A stretch of DNA of 64,000 bases from an uncultured cyanobacterium (lineage in GTDB: Bacteria; Cyanobacteriota; Cyanobacteriia; Cyanobacteriales; CAWUOF01): assembly GCA_963744145.1 (NCBI GenBank), contig CAVUSO010000001.1, forward strand, positions 6,784,001 through 6,848,000, in the 5' to 3' direction. Position numbers and translations under genes: made by a program. Within the stretch, counting starts at the first letter, position 1, and every line of letters begins with the position of its first letter. Below, one piece after another: positions 52,502-62,382 of the stretch. Under the pieces are notes generated by a model, which was not told the DNA's origin, ran no database searches, and saw only the letters and a program-made list of their open reading frames with translations.

Positions 52502-53365
52502 ATGCAGAATTTCTCTGTTAGCAAAAAAACCAGCGAAACTGGGTGGTATGGTCAGCTAAAGATGATATTTAGCGATCGTCAGGGAATCACCCAGGTAATT
52601 AGCGATCGCGCTCAAGCACCATTAAAAGTCCAAAGACCATTTTATCCAGACAATTCCGGGATTTGTCATAGTATAATTTTACATACAGCTGGGGGATTAG
52701 TTGGGGGAGATGTACTAGATTTAAACTTTCATCTTCACCCAAAAGCTAAAACATTAATTACCACAGCAACAGCAAGTAAAATTTATCGTAGTAATCAGTT
52801 ACCAGCTCAACAAAATATCGAAATTTTCATCGATTCAGAGGGATATTTAGAATGGTTTCCCCAAGAAACCATAATTTTTAATGGAGCAATTTATCAGCAA
52901 AATTTACAAGTTGAATTAGCGATCGGAGCGATTTGGTTAGGATGGGAAATCACCCGTTTTGGACGTAGTGCTAGGGGAGAAAGATTTCTGACAGGAGCAT
53001 GGAAATCCTATACCGAAATTTCGCAACAAGGAGTTCCACTTTGGATCGACAGACAATATTTACCAGGAGGAGAAGAACTACTTAATAGTCCCCACGGTTT
53101 AGGTAGACAACCAGTGATCGGGACTTTGAGCTGGGTGGGAAAATCCGTATCTCCAGAAACAGTTACCCAAATCCGAAAGAGTCTTTCTTCATGTTTTGAT
53201 GACAAAACGGTGGGAAAAATTGGTGTAACTCGTCTCCCAAAAGGATTATTATGTCGATATCTTGGTCAATCTAGCGCGGAAGCGAAAAACTGGTTTATCT
53301 TAATCTGGGATCTGCTTCGACGATCTCATTTAGATTGTCCCAGTTGTCCTCCTCGTGTTTGGTAA
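52502..53365 (+). CDS. ureD: Urease accessory protein UreD
   Basis: PLKVQRPFYP, HTAGGLVGGD, TTA.A.KIYRS, LEW.PQETI.F. Confidence 0.93.
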   Translation: MQNFSVSKKTSETGWYGQLKMIFSDRQGITQVISDRAQAPLKVQRPFYPDNSGICHSIILHTAGGLVGGDVLDLNFHLHPKAKTLITTATASKIYRSNQLPAQQNIEIFIDSEGYLEWFPQETIIFNGAIYQQNLQVELAIGAIWLGWEITRFGRSARGERFLTGAWKSYTEISQQGVPLWIDRQYLPGGEELLNSPHGLGRQPVIGTLSWVGKSVSPETVTQIRKSLSSCFDDKTVGKIGVTRLPKGLLCRYLGQSSAEAKNWFILIWDLLRRSHLDCPSCPPRVW

Positions 53366-53383
53366 ATTAATCCGGAGCAATTC

Positions 53384-53686
53384 ATGCAAATATCACCCCA
53401 AGAAAAAGACAAACTTTTAATCTTTACAGCAGCTTTATTAGCAGAAAGACGGAAACAAAGGGGATTAAAATTAAATTATCCTGAAGCAGTTGCTTATATT
53501 TCTGCGGCAATTTTAGAAGGTGCTAGAGATGGACGTACTGTATCAGATTTAATGAATTATGGTACTACTTTATTAACCCCAGATGAGGTGATGGAAGGAA
53601 TTCCGCAAATGATCCATGAAGTCCAAGTTGAAGCTACTTTCCCAGATGGGACTAAACTGGTGACCGTACATAATCCGATTCGTTAA
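53384..53686 (+). CDS. ureA: Urease gamma subunit
   Basis: [26 protein letters not shown]. Confidence 0.97.
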   Translation: MQISPQEKDKLLIFTAALLAERRKQRGLKLNYPEAVAYISAAILEGARDGRTVSDLMNYGTTLLTPDEVMEGIPQMIHEVQVEATFPDGTKLVTVHNPIR

Positions 53687-54267
53687 TGAGAATACTTATG
53701 AAAATTGGGTTTATCATCTATGAGGGAATGACAGCTTTAGATTTTATCGGGATGTACGATCCAATCACGCGATTAAAAACCATGGACTTTATCCCAGACT
53801 TAGAATGGGATATTTGTGCGATCGCTCCCCAAGTAAAAGATCAAAATGGATTAACTTTTATTCCGACTAAAGTCAACCCACTCCTAGCAGAATATGATGC
53901 GATCGCTGTTCCTGGTGGAATTAATGCTAACTTAGATCGACTCATTGCAACTAGCAACTTCATTCAATGGTTAAAAACCGCTCAAGATTGTCATCTAAAA
54001 ATTTCTGTATGTACGGGGTCATTATTATTGGGAGAAGCAGGATTTTTAACAGGTAAAAAAGCAACAACCCATCCAAATTCGTTGACTAAATTGAAAAAGT
54101 ATACCAATGATGTTCTTGATCACAGAATCGTTGATGAAGGTGATTTAATTACAGCTAGAGGTGTAACATCATCCATCGATCTAGGTTTATATATTTGTGA
54201 GAAATTGGTAGGAACAGAGACTAAAGAAAAAATTCGGGAAAGGATGGATTATCAAACGGATATTTGA
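53686..54267 (+). CDS. DJ-1/PfpI family protein inside the urease operon
   Basis: VPGG, SVCTGS..L..AG.L.GKKATTH, TA.GV.S.ID. Confidence 0.88.
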   Translation: MRILMKIGFIIYEGMTALDFIGMYDPITRLKTMDFIPDLEWDICAIAPQVKDQNGLTFIPTKVNPLLAEYDAIAVPGGINANLDRLIATSNFIQWLKTAQDCHLKISVCTGSLLLGEAGFLTGKKATTHPNSLTKLKKYTNDVLDHRIVDEGDLITARGVTSSIDLGLYICEKLVGTETKEKIRERMDYQTDI

Positions 54268-54293
54268 TTTTCAAAAATCAACTAGGAGGAGAC

Positions 54294-54602
54294 ATGATTC
54301 CAGGAGAAATAATTGTTGGTACGGGAGAAATTGAGCTTAATTCTGGACGTAAACTGCTCAGATTACAAGTAGGAAATAAAGGTGATCGACCCATTCAAGT
54401 TGGTTCCCATTACCATTTCTATGAAGTCAACGAAGCTTTAGAATTCGATCGCGAACTAACTAGAGGAATGAGATTAAATATTCCTGCTGGGACCGCAGTT
54501 AGATTTGAACCAGGTGATGAAAAAGAAATTGAATTAGTACCTTTGACTGGTAGTCGTCAAGTCTATGGATTTAACGGCAAAATTAATGGTAAATTAGATT
54601 AA
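54294..54602 (+). CDS. ureB: Urease beta subunit
   Basis: [38 protein letters not shown]. Confidence 0.97.
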   Translation: MIPGEIIVGTGEIELNSGRKLLRLQVGNKGDRPIQVGSHYHFYEVNEALEFDRELTRGMRLNIPAGTAVRFEPGDEKEIELVPLTGSRQVYGFNGKINGKLD

Positions 54603-54617
54603 TTAGAGGAAATCACG

Positions 54618-56330
54618 ATGAGTTATTATATGGATCGTCGCGCTTATGCGGAAACCTATGGACCAACGGTGGGTGATCGCGTTCGTTTAGCTGATACAGA
54701 ATTATTTATTGAAGTTGAACAAGATTTAACTACCTACGGAGATGAAGTAAAGTTTGGAGGTGGGAAAGTTATTCGAGATGGGATGGGACAATCACCAATT
54801 TCTAATGCTGATGGTGCAGTAGATCTGGTAATTACCAATGCTTTAATTTTAGATTGGTGGGGAATAATTAAAGCCGATATTGGGATTAAAGATGGGAAAA
54901 TCCAGAAAATTGGTAAAGCTGGTAATCCTTATATTCAAGATCAGGTAGATATTATTATTGGTCCGGGAACCGAAGCAGTAGCTGGGGAAGGTATGATTAT
55001 TACTGCTGGAGGAATTGATACTCATATTCACTTTATCTGTCCCCAACAAATCGAAGTCGCGATCGCATCGGGAATCACCACTATGATCGGTGGAGGAACA
55101 GGTCCAGCTACAGGGACTAATGCAACTACTTGTACTCCCGGACCTTGGAATATCTATAGAATGTTACAAGCTAGTGACGCATTTCCAGTTAATCTCGGAT
55201 TTTTAGGGAAAGGAAATAGTAGTCAACCCCAAGGATTAATCGAACAAATCCAAGCTGGTGCAATGGGATTAAAATTACATGAAGATTGGGGAACTACACC
55301 AGCAGCGATCGATACTTGTTTAAGTGTAGCAGATCAATATGATGTGCAAGTCGCAATTCATACAGATACTTTAAACGAAGCTGGATTTGTCGAAGCAACG
55401 ATCGCAGCTTTTAAAGGTAGAGCAATCCATACTTATCATACCGAAGGAGCAGGAGGAGGTCATGCACCAGATATTATTAAAGTATGTGGTGAAAGTAATG
55501 TTTTACCTTCTTCAACTAATCCCACTCGACCATATACAGTTAATACTCTCGATGAACACTTAGATATGCTCATGGTGTGTCATCACCTTTCCCCCGCGAT
55601 CGCAGAGGATGTAGCTTTTGCGGAATCAAGAATTAGAAGAGAAACGATCGCAGCTGAAGATATTTTACATGATTTAGGTGCATTTAGTATGATATCTTCC
55701 GACTCTCAAGCAATGGGAAGAGTAGGAGAAGTAATTATTCGGACTTGGCAAACTGCCCATAAAATGAAATTACAAAGAGGTGTTATTAGTAATAGTCACA
55801 TGAGTTTAGCAGATAACTTTCGAGCTAAAAGATATATAGCAAAATATACAATCAATCCCGCAATCACCCATGGAATTTCTCAATATGTTGGTTCCGTAGA
55901 AGTAGGAAAATTAGCAGATTTATGTCTATGGAAACCAGCATTCTTTGGAGTCAAACCAGAATTAGTGATTAAAGGAGGTGCGATCGCGTATGCTCAAATG
56001 GGAGATGCTAATGCTAGTATTCCCACCCCACAACCAGTCCATAGTCGTCCCATGTTTGGGAGTTTTGGAGGTGCGATCGGTGCTACTTCTTTAACATTTA
56101 TATCCCAAGCAGCATTAGAAACCGATATTCCGAGTCAATTAAAATTACAAAAACCAGCGATCGGAGTGTCGGGAACCAGACAAATAACTAAAAGAGATAT
56201 GAAATTAAATGATGCTTTACCTCACATAGAAGTTGATCCAGAAACTTATGAGGTAAAAGCTGATGGAGAATTACTAATCTGTGAACCAGCAACTATCTTA
56301 CCAATGGCACAAAGATACTTTTTATTTTAG
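54618..56330 (+). CDS. ureC: Urease alpha subunit
   Basis: [45 protein letters not shown]. Confidence 0.98.
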   Translation: MSYYMDRRAYAETYGPTVGDRVRLADTELFIEVEQDLTTYGDEVKFGGGKVIRDGMGQSPISNADGAVDLVITNALILDWWGIIKADIGIKDGKIQKIGKAGNPYIQDQVDIIIGPGTEAVAGEGMIITAGGIDTHIHFICPQQIEVAIASGITTMIGGGTGPATGTNATTCTPGPWNIYRMLQASDAFPVNLGFLGKGNSSQPQGLIEQIQAGAMGLKLHEDWGTTPAAIDTCLSVADQYDVQVAIHTDTLNEAGFVEATIAAFKGRAIHTYHTEGAGGGHAPDIIKVCGESNVLPSSTNPTRPYTVNTLDEHLDMLMVCHHLSPAIAEDVAFAESRIRRETIAAEDILHDLGAFSMISSDSQAMGRVGEVIIRTWQTAHKMKLQRGVISNSHMSLADNFRAKRYIAKYTINPAITHGISQYVGSVEVGKLADLCLWKPAFFGVKPELVIKGGAIAYAQMGDANASIPTPQPVHSRPMFGSFGGAIGATSLTFISQAALETDIPSQLKLQKPAIGVSGTRQITKRDMKLNDALPHIEVDPETYEVKADGELLICEPATILPMAQRYFLF

Positions 56331-56333
56331 CAT

Positions 56334-56990
56334 ATGTTTATGGTTTATACCTCGGCAACTGATCTATCTGAATTACAGCGATCGCTTATTCCAGAAAACC
56401 GTGTGTCTCTTCATGTCGATTGGGAGGGTTATCAAACAATCCGTAAAATTTTAGGTGAAAACCGATCGGCTCATCTGACCTACTACAATGGTATTCTGGA
56501 GATTATGACTCCCTTAGAACTACATGAAAATTCCAGTGGGTTAATTGGTCAATTTATCGAGATTTTAACTGAAGAATTGAATCTCAACATCAAAAGCATG
56601 GAATCAACCACCCTCGATCGTCCTGGACTAAAAGTAGGAGCTGAACCCGATCAGGGATATTACATTATCAACGAACCTCTAGTCAGGGGTAAAACCGTCG
56701 ATCTCAACATCGATCCACCACCGGATTTAGTAGTAGAAGTTGACATCACCCACACCAATATCAACAAGAATATGCTTTACGCGGAGTTAGGAGTCCCTGA
56801 ATTCTGGCGCTATAATGGCAAAATTCTCAAGATTTATCATTTACAAAATGGTGAATATCAAGAAGTCCAAAGAAGCCCAACTTTTCCTAATGTTCCCAAA
56901 GAGCAACTTTATGAATTCTTGCATAATTGCGCTCAAAAAGGAGAAACCCAAGCAAAGCGAGACTTGAGAGTGTGGATTCGTAATATCTAA
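56334..56990 (+). CDS. Uma2 family endonuclease
   Basis: G.LEIMTP...HE, EPD..YYI, PPPDLVVEVDIT, YA.LGVPEFWRY. Confidence 0.88.
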   Translation: MFMVYTSATDLSELQRSLIPENRVSLHVDWEGYQTIRKILGENRSAHLTYYNGILEIMTPLELHENSSGLIGQFIEILTEELNLNIKSMESTTLDRPGLKVGAEPDQGYYIINEPLVRGKTVDLNIDPPPDLVVEVDITHTNINKNMLYAELGVPEFWRYNGKILKIYHLQNGEYQEVQRSPTFPNVPKEQLYEFLHNCAQKGETQAKRDLRVWIRNI

Positions 56991-57003
56991 GTGGATAATA
57001 GCT

Positions 57004-58131
57004 ATGCTGAAAAAAATTCAAATAAAAGGTTACAAATCCATTCGAGATATGGATTTAGAATTAACGGCTCTTAATGTTTTAATTGGTGCAAATGGAGTCG
57101 GGAAATCAAATTTTATTTCTGTTTTTAAATTACTCCGCTGGATGTTACAAAGTCCTGGACAATTACAAGTATTTATTGGTCAATCTGGAGGTGCAAACGC
57201 TTTACTGTTTGATGGAGCAGATATTACTCCCCAAATCCAAGCCGAATTAAATTTTGACACAGATGCCGGAAAAAATGATTACTTTTTTAGGTTGTTTCAT
57301 GCTGCTACCGATACTTTCATCTTTGCTGATGAAAAATATCGTTTTTCTCGTTCAACCTTTGATGGGTTAGCAGATTGGCAATCTTTAGATGGGGGTCATA
57401 AAGAATCTAAATTAATTGATTTAGCAAATCTTGGTACTTCTACGACTGCTAAAGTAATTTTAAAGTTACTTCAAAATTGTGCAGTTTATCAGTTTCATAA
57501 TACGTCAGAAACGGCGCGAATTAGACAAAAATGGAATATTGAAGATAGCCGTCATTTACGAGAAGATGGAGCCAATTTAGCTCCGGTACTTTTGAGATTA
57601 AAAGAAACAGCACCTCTTTATTATCAAAGAATAGTAGAAACCCTTAGGCAAATTGCACCATTTTTTCTAGATTTTGTCTTAGAACCGCTAAATTATTCGG
57701 TAATTTTACAATGGAAAGAACGTAATACCGATTTGATTTTTAGTTCTCATCAAGCTTCCGATGGTACATTAAGAACTATGGCATTAGTTACCCTTTTATT
57801 ACAGCCAGAAAACGATTTGCCTGATGTATTGATTTTAGATGAGCCAGAATTAGGATTACATCCTTATGCGATCGCTATTATTGGTGGCTTAATTAATAGT
57901 ATATCTCATCATAGTCAAGTAATTTTAGCGACTCAATCAACCTTATTAATTGACTGCTTTGAACCCGAAGATATTATTGTAGTTGAAAGAAAAGATCGTC
58001 AATCTAATTTTAAACGATTAGATTCACAAAATCTTCAAGATTGGTTAGAAGAATATTCCCTATCTGAATTATGGAATAAAAATATTATTGGTGGAAGACC
58101 TCAGAGGATGAGAAAAGTGTACAAAAATTAG
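57004..58131 (+). CDS. ABC-type AAA ATPase (AAA_21-like)
   Basis: GANGVGKS, SDGTLR, LDEPELGLHP, ATQS, LW.KN..GGRP. Confidence 0.88.
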   Translation: MLKKIQIKGYKSIRDMDLELTALNVLIGANGVGKSNFISVFKLLRWMLQSPGQLQVFIGQSGGANALLFDGADITPQIQAELNFDTDAGKNDYFFRLFHAATDTFIFADEKYRFSRSTFDGLADWQSLDGGHKESKLIDLANLGTSTTAKVILKLLQNCAVYQFHNTSETARIRQKWNIEDSRHLREDGANLAPVLLRLKETAPLYYQRIVETLRQIAPFFLDFVLEPLNYSVILQWKERNTDLIFSSHQASDGTLRTMALVTLLLQPENDLPDVLILDEPELGLHPYAIAIIGGLINSISHHSQVILATQSTLLIDCFEPEDIIVVERKDRQSNFKRLDSQNLQDWLEEYSLSELWNKNIIGGRPQRMRKVYKN

Positions 58132-58346
58132 TAGATTTTTGTAAAAAATATTCATCACCTGAATTGATTAACGATGGAGAAACCACTGCACCTTCTAAGC
58201 GAATTATTCAATTTATTCCTAGTTATAAAGGTGCCAAAGTTTCGGTAGCCCCTTTAATGGTTGAAAAAATTGGCTTACCAACAATTAGAAGTCAATGTCC
58301 TCATTTTGATGAATGGCTTATTCAGTTAGAAAAATTAAATAATTAG
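58104..58346 (+). pseudogene. C-terminal remnant of a DUF4276 family gene
   Basis: EDEKSVQKL...SPELINDG.TTAPSKRI...Y...K...IGL.TIR.QCPHF..WL; no start codon or N-terminal part. Confidence 0.72.
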
Positions 58347-58379
58347 TAAGAACGACATTGGTATCAATCAAAACTCGCA

Positions 58380-58604
58380 TTACTGATATTTCTCGGTAAT
58401 ATAAGTCAGGTAATCCTCTTTAACGCTAGCATCCCCCCCTATTAGCACCGAACTTTTTGCAACTCCTCTTAGCTGAGACAGGTTGCCCCGTTTTAACTTG
58501 GGATATGTTTCCCGTTTTAGCGATTCCAAAAGAGTTTGCACCAACTGCCAACGATCGCTGGTAGACAGCTGCAATGCTTGTTTTTGAACTTCTTGTAATG
58601 TCAT
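58380..58604 (-). CDS. Small antitoxin-like protein
   Basis: MTLQE...AL.LS..DRWQLV..LL, LRG.AK, Y..Y..EKYQ pattern. Confidence 0.55.
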   Translation of the reverse strand: MTLQEVQKQALQLSTSDRWQLVQTLLESLKRETYPKLKRGNLSQLRGVAKSSVLIGGDASVKEDYLTYITEKYQ

Positions 58605-58649
58605 CTTTGTAAAAACGTAGGTTTAGACTAAATTTGTGACTTATTAGCT

Positions 58650-58726
58650 TCATCTAATAATACCACCAAGTAACACATCTCCATCATGCCAAACTGCTGC
58701 TTGTCCAGGAGTAATCGCAAACTGAG
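58650..58726 (-). pseudogene. Isolated 3'-tail fragment of mnmA (copy A)
   Basis: QFAITPGQAAVWHDGDVLLGGII resembles the MnmA C-terminal TPGQ.AV.Y....LGGG.I motif. Confidence 0.72.
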
Positions 58727-58736
58727 TGGTATTTGA

Positions 58737-58762
58737 TAGGGGCGTATTGCAATACGCCCCTA
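58737..58762. repeat. Perfect REP-like palindrome
   Basis: TAGGGGCGTATTGCAATACGCCCCTA. Confidence 0.8.
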
Positions 58763-58849
58763 CCAAATACCATGATATTCTGTCGCTAATAATACATAAC
58801 GCTCTTGATAACGTTAACTTAAGTTTGACAATCATAGGGATAACTATAA

Positions 58850-59186
58850 TCAAGCAACTCCATATCCTGTATAAGGACGTTTATAAGGAGGATGTAAGCC
58901 CAAGACAATATCCTCTTTAGATACTCCCATCTCCACTAATGCTTGTCCAATATCTATTTCAGTCATATTGCGCTGAATCCAGAATCTTGTCATTCTTAAT
59001 ATCTAAATGAATAAAGCAGTTATAAACTCGCTTAAGACCATCCCAGCCCACATCTAATAACTGATAGTGGTCATGTTCTAGATCAAAAATTCGTTGGCAT
59101 TCAATGTCTGGATTTTCTTCTGCCATCATTGCTTGTTCATTGAGCAGTTGACGAATACATTGACGGTAATGTTCTAATCTCTCCAT
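58850..59186 (-). pseudogene. xisI: XisI protein, frameshifted by one extra base at ~58983
   Basis: FD...DHYQL..VGW...RVY.C.IHLDIK.DKI joined to WIQRNMTE.DI...LVEMGV.KEDIVLGLHPPYKRPYTGYGVA. Confidence 0.85.
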
Positions 59187-59211
59187 TCGATAATTACCTC
59201 CTATAAAAGGA

Positions 59212-59502
59212 TCATAGTAAAATACAATCTTTTAGCACTTGAGCGCGAATCCGGGATTTTAACCCAGATTCTGTGACTACATCTACTTTCCGCTCTAACA
59301 ATTGCTCTAAATCATCAATCAATCCTGTCGGAAACCATGATGAAATTTTTTCGATATCATAATCAATTAAAAGATCAATATCGCTATCTTCTGTTTCTTC
59401 AAACCTAGCTACGGAGCCAAATACTCGCACGTTAAATGCCCCGTGTCTTGCTGCTACTGCTAAAATTTTATCTCTTTTTTCGGTCAATTGTTCCAACAAC
59501 AT
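59212..59502 (-). CDS. Minimal nucleotidyltransferase (MNT-type antitoxin)
   Basis: VRVFGSVAR.E....SDIDLL, LE.LL.RKVDVV. Confidence 0.88.
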   Translation of the reverse strand: MLLEQLTEKRDKILAVAARHGAFNVRVFGSVARFEETEDSDIDLLIDYDIEKISSWFPTGLIDDLEQLLERKVDVVTESGLKSRIRAQVLKDCILL

Positions 59503-59576
59503 GATGATATTCTCCCCAAAGTTAATCAACTGTTACTAATAAGTTAACTCAATAATTACCTCCTTTTGAGGGTCAT

Positions 59577-59690
59577 GATCCTGTTCAATAATTCCATCAC
59601 CAATTAGGATATCTCCATCCTACCAAACTGCTGCTTGTCCAGGAGTAATTGCCAACTGAGATTCATCGAAAGCTATTTGTACATTCGGGC
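59577..59690 (-). pseudogene. Isolated 3'-tail fragment of mnmA (copy B, with a TAG)
   Basis: VQIAFDESQLAITPGQAAVW*DGDILIGDGIIEQ; 46/50 nt identical to copy A. Confidence 0.75.
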
Positions 59691-59778
59691 GATAATTTAT
59701 CACTTAAACTTTCACCCTTCTTCCAGAATCTCCCAAAATATCCTTAACTGAACCGGATTGAGTCCTAAATTATTAGAA

Positions 59779-60991
59779 CTAGAGCAAACCAAGTCTTTTC
59801 AAAGCATCTTCAGCTGCAAGTTTTTCAGCTTTCTTTTTACTATGATCTTTACCTCTACCATATTCATTACCAGCAACGTAAACTACAGCCGTAAATTCTG
59901 GATCATTATCAGTTCCACCAGAGCGAGTGGTTTTATATTCAGGAGGTTGACGGTTGGGATTACCCGAAAAATTGGGATCTAAAACGACTTGTTGTAACCA
60001 ACCTTTCACATCATCGTTAATTTTAGGTATCGCATCTTGGGTCGTAGGTAAATCGTTGACTACTGCTGCAAAAAAGGGGTTAATAAAATCACTGACTGCT
60101 TCAATTCCTGAATCTAAATAATAAGCACCAATCACTGCTTCAAATACATTACTGAGTAATGAGGTTTTCTGAACGTCCTCCACTCAGCTCTTCACCTCTT
60201 CCCAATCTCATCCATTTTCCCAGCTCTAATTCAGTAGCAAATTTGGCTAATTGAGGAGCATCAACTAAATTTGAACGTAAAACAGTCATTTTTCCTTCTC
60301 TTAAATCTGGATGATATTTATATAAAAAATCACCACTGATAAAAGTGAGTAGAGCATCTCCCAGAAATTCTAACTGTTCATTATCATCACCTTGATTGGG
60401 ATTTTCATATTTATAGGAAGTATGGGTTAAAGCTTGATTGAGCAAATAAGCATTTTCAAAAGGAATACGCTTCAATAGCTGTTCTAGTCTCTCTCTACTC
60501 CGAGCTTCCTCCGCTGAAGAAACAGTTCGAGAACGGTTTTCATGTCTGACTTGCTCTTGAGCTAAAAGACGGAGAACATCTTGTCGCTGTTTTTCGACAT
60601 CTTCCACTTGAGGAGCAGAAATAGATTTCAAGAACCGCAGCACACTATCGATCGCTCTATAGGTATCATCAGTGGAAAAATCAGATTGATGTGCCCACTG
60701 ATTTCGGACTGCAATTAACTCCTTCACTAGAGCTTGATCAGACTGACTCAGATGATTTTTGAAAACTTTGTCCTCCCGATTGACAATAGTTAATAATACC
60801 GACACATCCTCACGAATAATCTCATCGGTTTTTCGTTTCGATTTCTGCTGATTTTTAAAATATGAATTATCTATTTTTTTGATCCAATCTTTGTCATAGA
60901 CTGATGACATTTCTTGGTCAACATATTCATATAAACCTTGTCGCAAATGCTCTAAAGCTTTGCCAATTCTCTCCTTATTATTAATTCCCAT
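59779..60991 (-). pseudogene. Swt1-like HEPN domain fused to RNase III and dsRBD; one-base frameshift at ~60172
   Basis: RNQWAH (RxxxxH); ALTHTSY, NEQLEFLGDA, FEAVIGAYYLDSG; K..LQQ, P.Y, F...V.V, G...SKK.AE..AA..AL. Confidence 0.8.
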
Positions 60992-61247
60992 TAATTTACT
61001 CCAGCATAGTTGAGTGACTAACTAAATAGATGATCCTGGTTTGCTACGACAAGATTACCTTAACTATACTAATATATCATAAGTAAGCTCATAGTAGTGA
61101 GGCTGACCCGGTTTTAGCCGATCGCCCTGAACTACTTCTAGTTTAGAATATCTTGATCTAGTCTTTACAAATTCTTTATTTATCGATGATATTTTTTACA
61201 GAACAAAAAAACTTTTGCTCGTCTTCTCAGAACCATATTTGATGGTT

Positions 61248-61325
61248 GTCTAGAACAATAGCATCTGTAATAATACTGAGCATAATGGGCTAGTCTAGAG
61301 CAATAGCATCTGTAATAATACGGAG
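61248..61325. repeat. 33-bp direct repeat (period 45) upstream of a small secreted-protein gene
   Basis: GTCTAGA(A/G)CAATAGCATCTGTAATAATAC(T/G)GAG at 61248 and 61293. Confidence 0.8.
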
Positions 61326-61394
61326 ACAGATGGCATCAAACATGATGGAACTAAAATAGCTTTGTGGTAGTCTAAAAAAGTGTTGAGTTGAAAT

Positions 61395-61706
61395 ATGCTA
61401 TTTATGTTGAAAATAAGTGGATTAAGTCTCACTATCATTGCTGCTGCTGTTATGCTTCTACCTACTACCGCTCGTGCTGGAGAAGTCCTCGATCGAGAAA
61501 TTGATCAACAACATCGAATCGAGCAAGGAGTACGGAACGGTACTATTAATCGTCAAGAATATCGCAATCTTGAACGCCGCGAGGCATCAATTAACAGACA
61601 ACGACTGTATGATGACCGTCATGGGATGACACCAGCAGAAAGAGAACAGCTCAATCAACGCTTGAATCATCTTTCTCACAGTATCTACGAAGATAAACAC
61701 AATTAA
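61395..61706 (+). CDS. Small secreted helical protein
   Basis: Signal peptide ending ARA; RI.QG...G.I...E...L..R....; I...KHN. Confidence 0.75.
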   Translation: MLFMLKISGLSLTIIAAAVMLLPTTARAGEVLDREIDQQHRIEQGVRNGTINRQEYRNLERREASINRQRLYDDRHGMTPAEREQLNQRLNHLSHSIYEDKHN

Positions 61707-61752
61707 TTATTTATCTCATTTTTTAAATAGGTTTTTCTGTATATTCGTTAGC

Positions 61753-61795
61753 GATCGCGATCACCTGAGGATATCGGTGATCGCGATCTTTTTTT
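61753..61795 (+). terminator. Intrinsic terminator built on HIP1-like arms
   Basis: GATCGCGATCACC-loop-GGTGATCGCGATC followed by a T run. Confidence 0.75.
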
Positions 61796-62047
61796 CAACA
61801 TCGTCAATTAAGTAATGTCCCTCTGCCTAGATCGGGACAAAAAATGGTCAGCTTTCCCTAGCTAACCATTGGAAATTTTTGTTGTGTATTTTCTCTATTG
61901 GTAAAAACCCCAGACTGCACGTTCCCAAACTAGCAGTCAGTTTTAACCATACCTTCTATTCTAATAAAAGTGTAACACCAAACACTAAATTTTTGTTATA
62001 AAACTTAACATATATTGATCAGGAGAGACATAAATTTCCCTAATGAG

Positions 62048-62346
62048 ACGTTAGTTTGACGGACTGAGAAAGCTGAAAAAAAGCTGAGACTAGATTTTAA
62101 GAATTACGTCTCAGCCATGAATAACATTATATCACGTCTCGATATTACCCGAATATTTGATGCCGTAGACTATTTCTGTACATATTTTGAGCGCTATTAG
62201 CAAATTTTTTGGTCAATTTGCTAGCAGGACTAATTGCTTATACCTAGCAAGAGAAAAAAACAGAACTGGACTTGCTAGGGGCATACGCCCGTACCAAGGA
62301 TTACCAGCTCTACCTCCTGCTATCTTTTAGCTAAGTCAAATTGACT
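62048..62346 (+). mobile_element. Internally deleted IS982-family remnant
   Basis: Degenerate TIRs ACGTTAGTTTGAC / GTCAAATTGACT; transposase start MNNIISRLDITRIF..VD.FC joined to end NFLVNLLAGLIAYT*QEKK. Confidence 0.68.
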
Positions 62347-62382
62347 TCTATTTAGGCTGAATCGCCAACAGCTTTAATTTAT

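Noticed and set aside
58650..58920. ORFs 58650-58853 (-) and 58726-58920 (+)
   Set aside because: Chimeric readings across a REP palindrome, the mnmA tail and the xisI end
184..61629. Short antisense or overlapping ORFs in the track (e.g. 184-447, 6495-6704, 20885-21154, 38266-38706, 45620-45889, 59758-59982)
   Set aside because: Shadows of well-supported genes, with no motifs of their own
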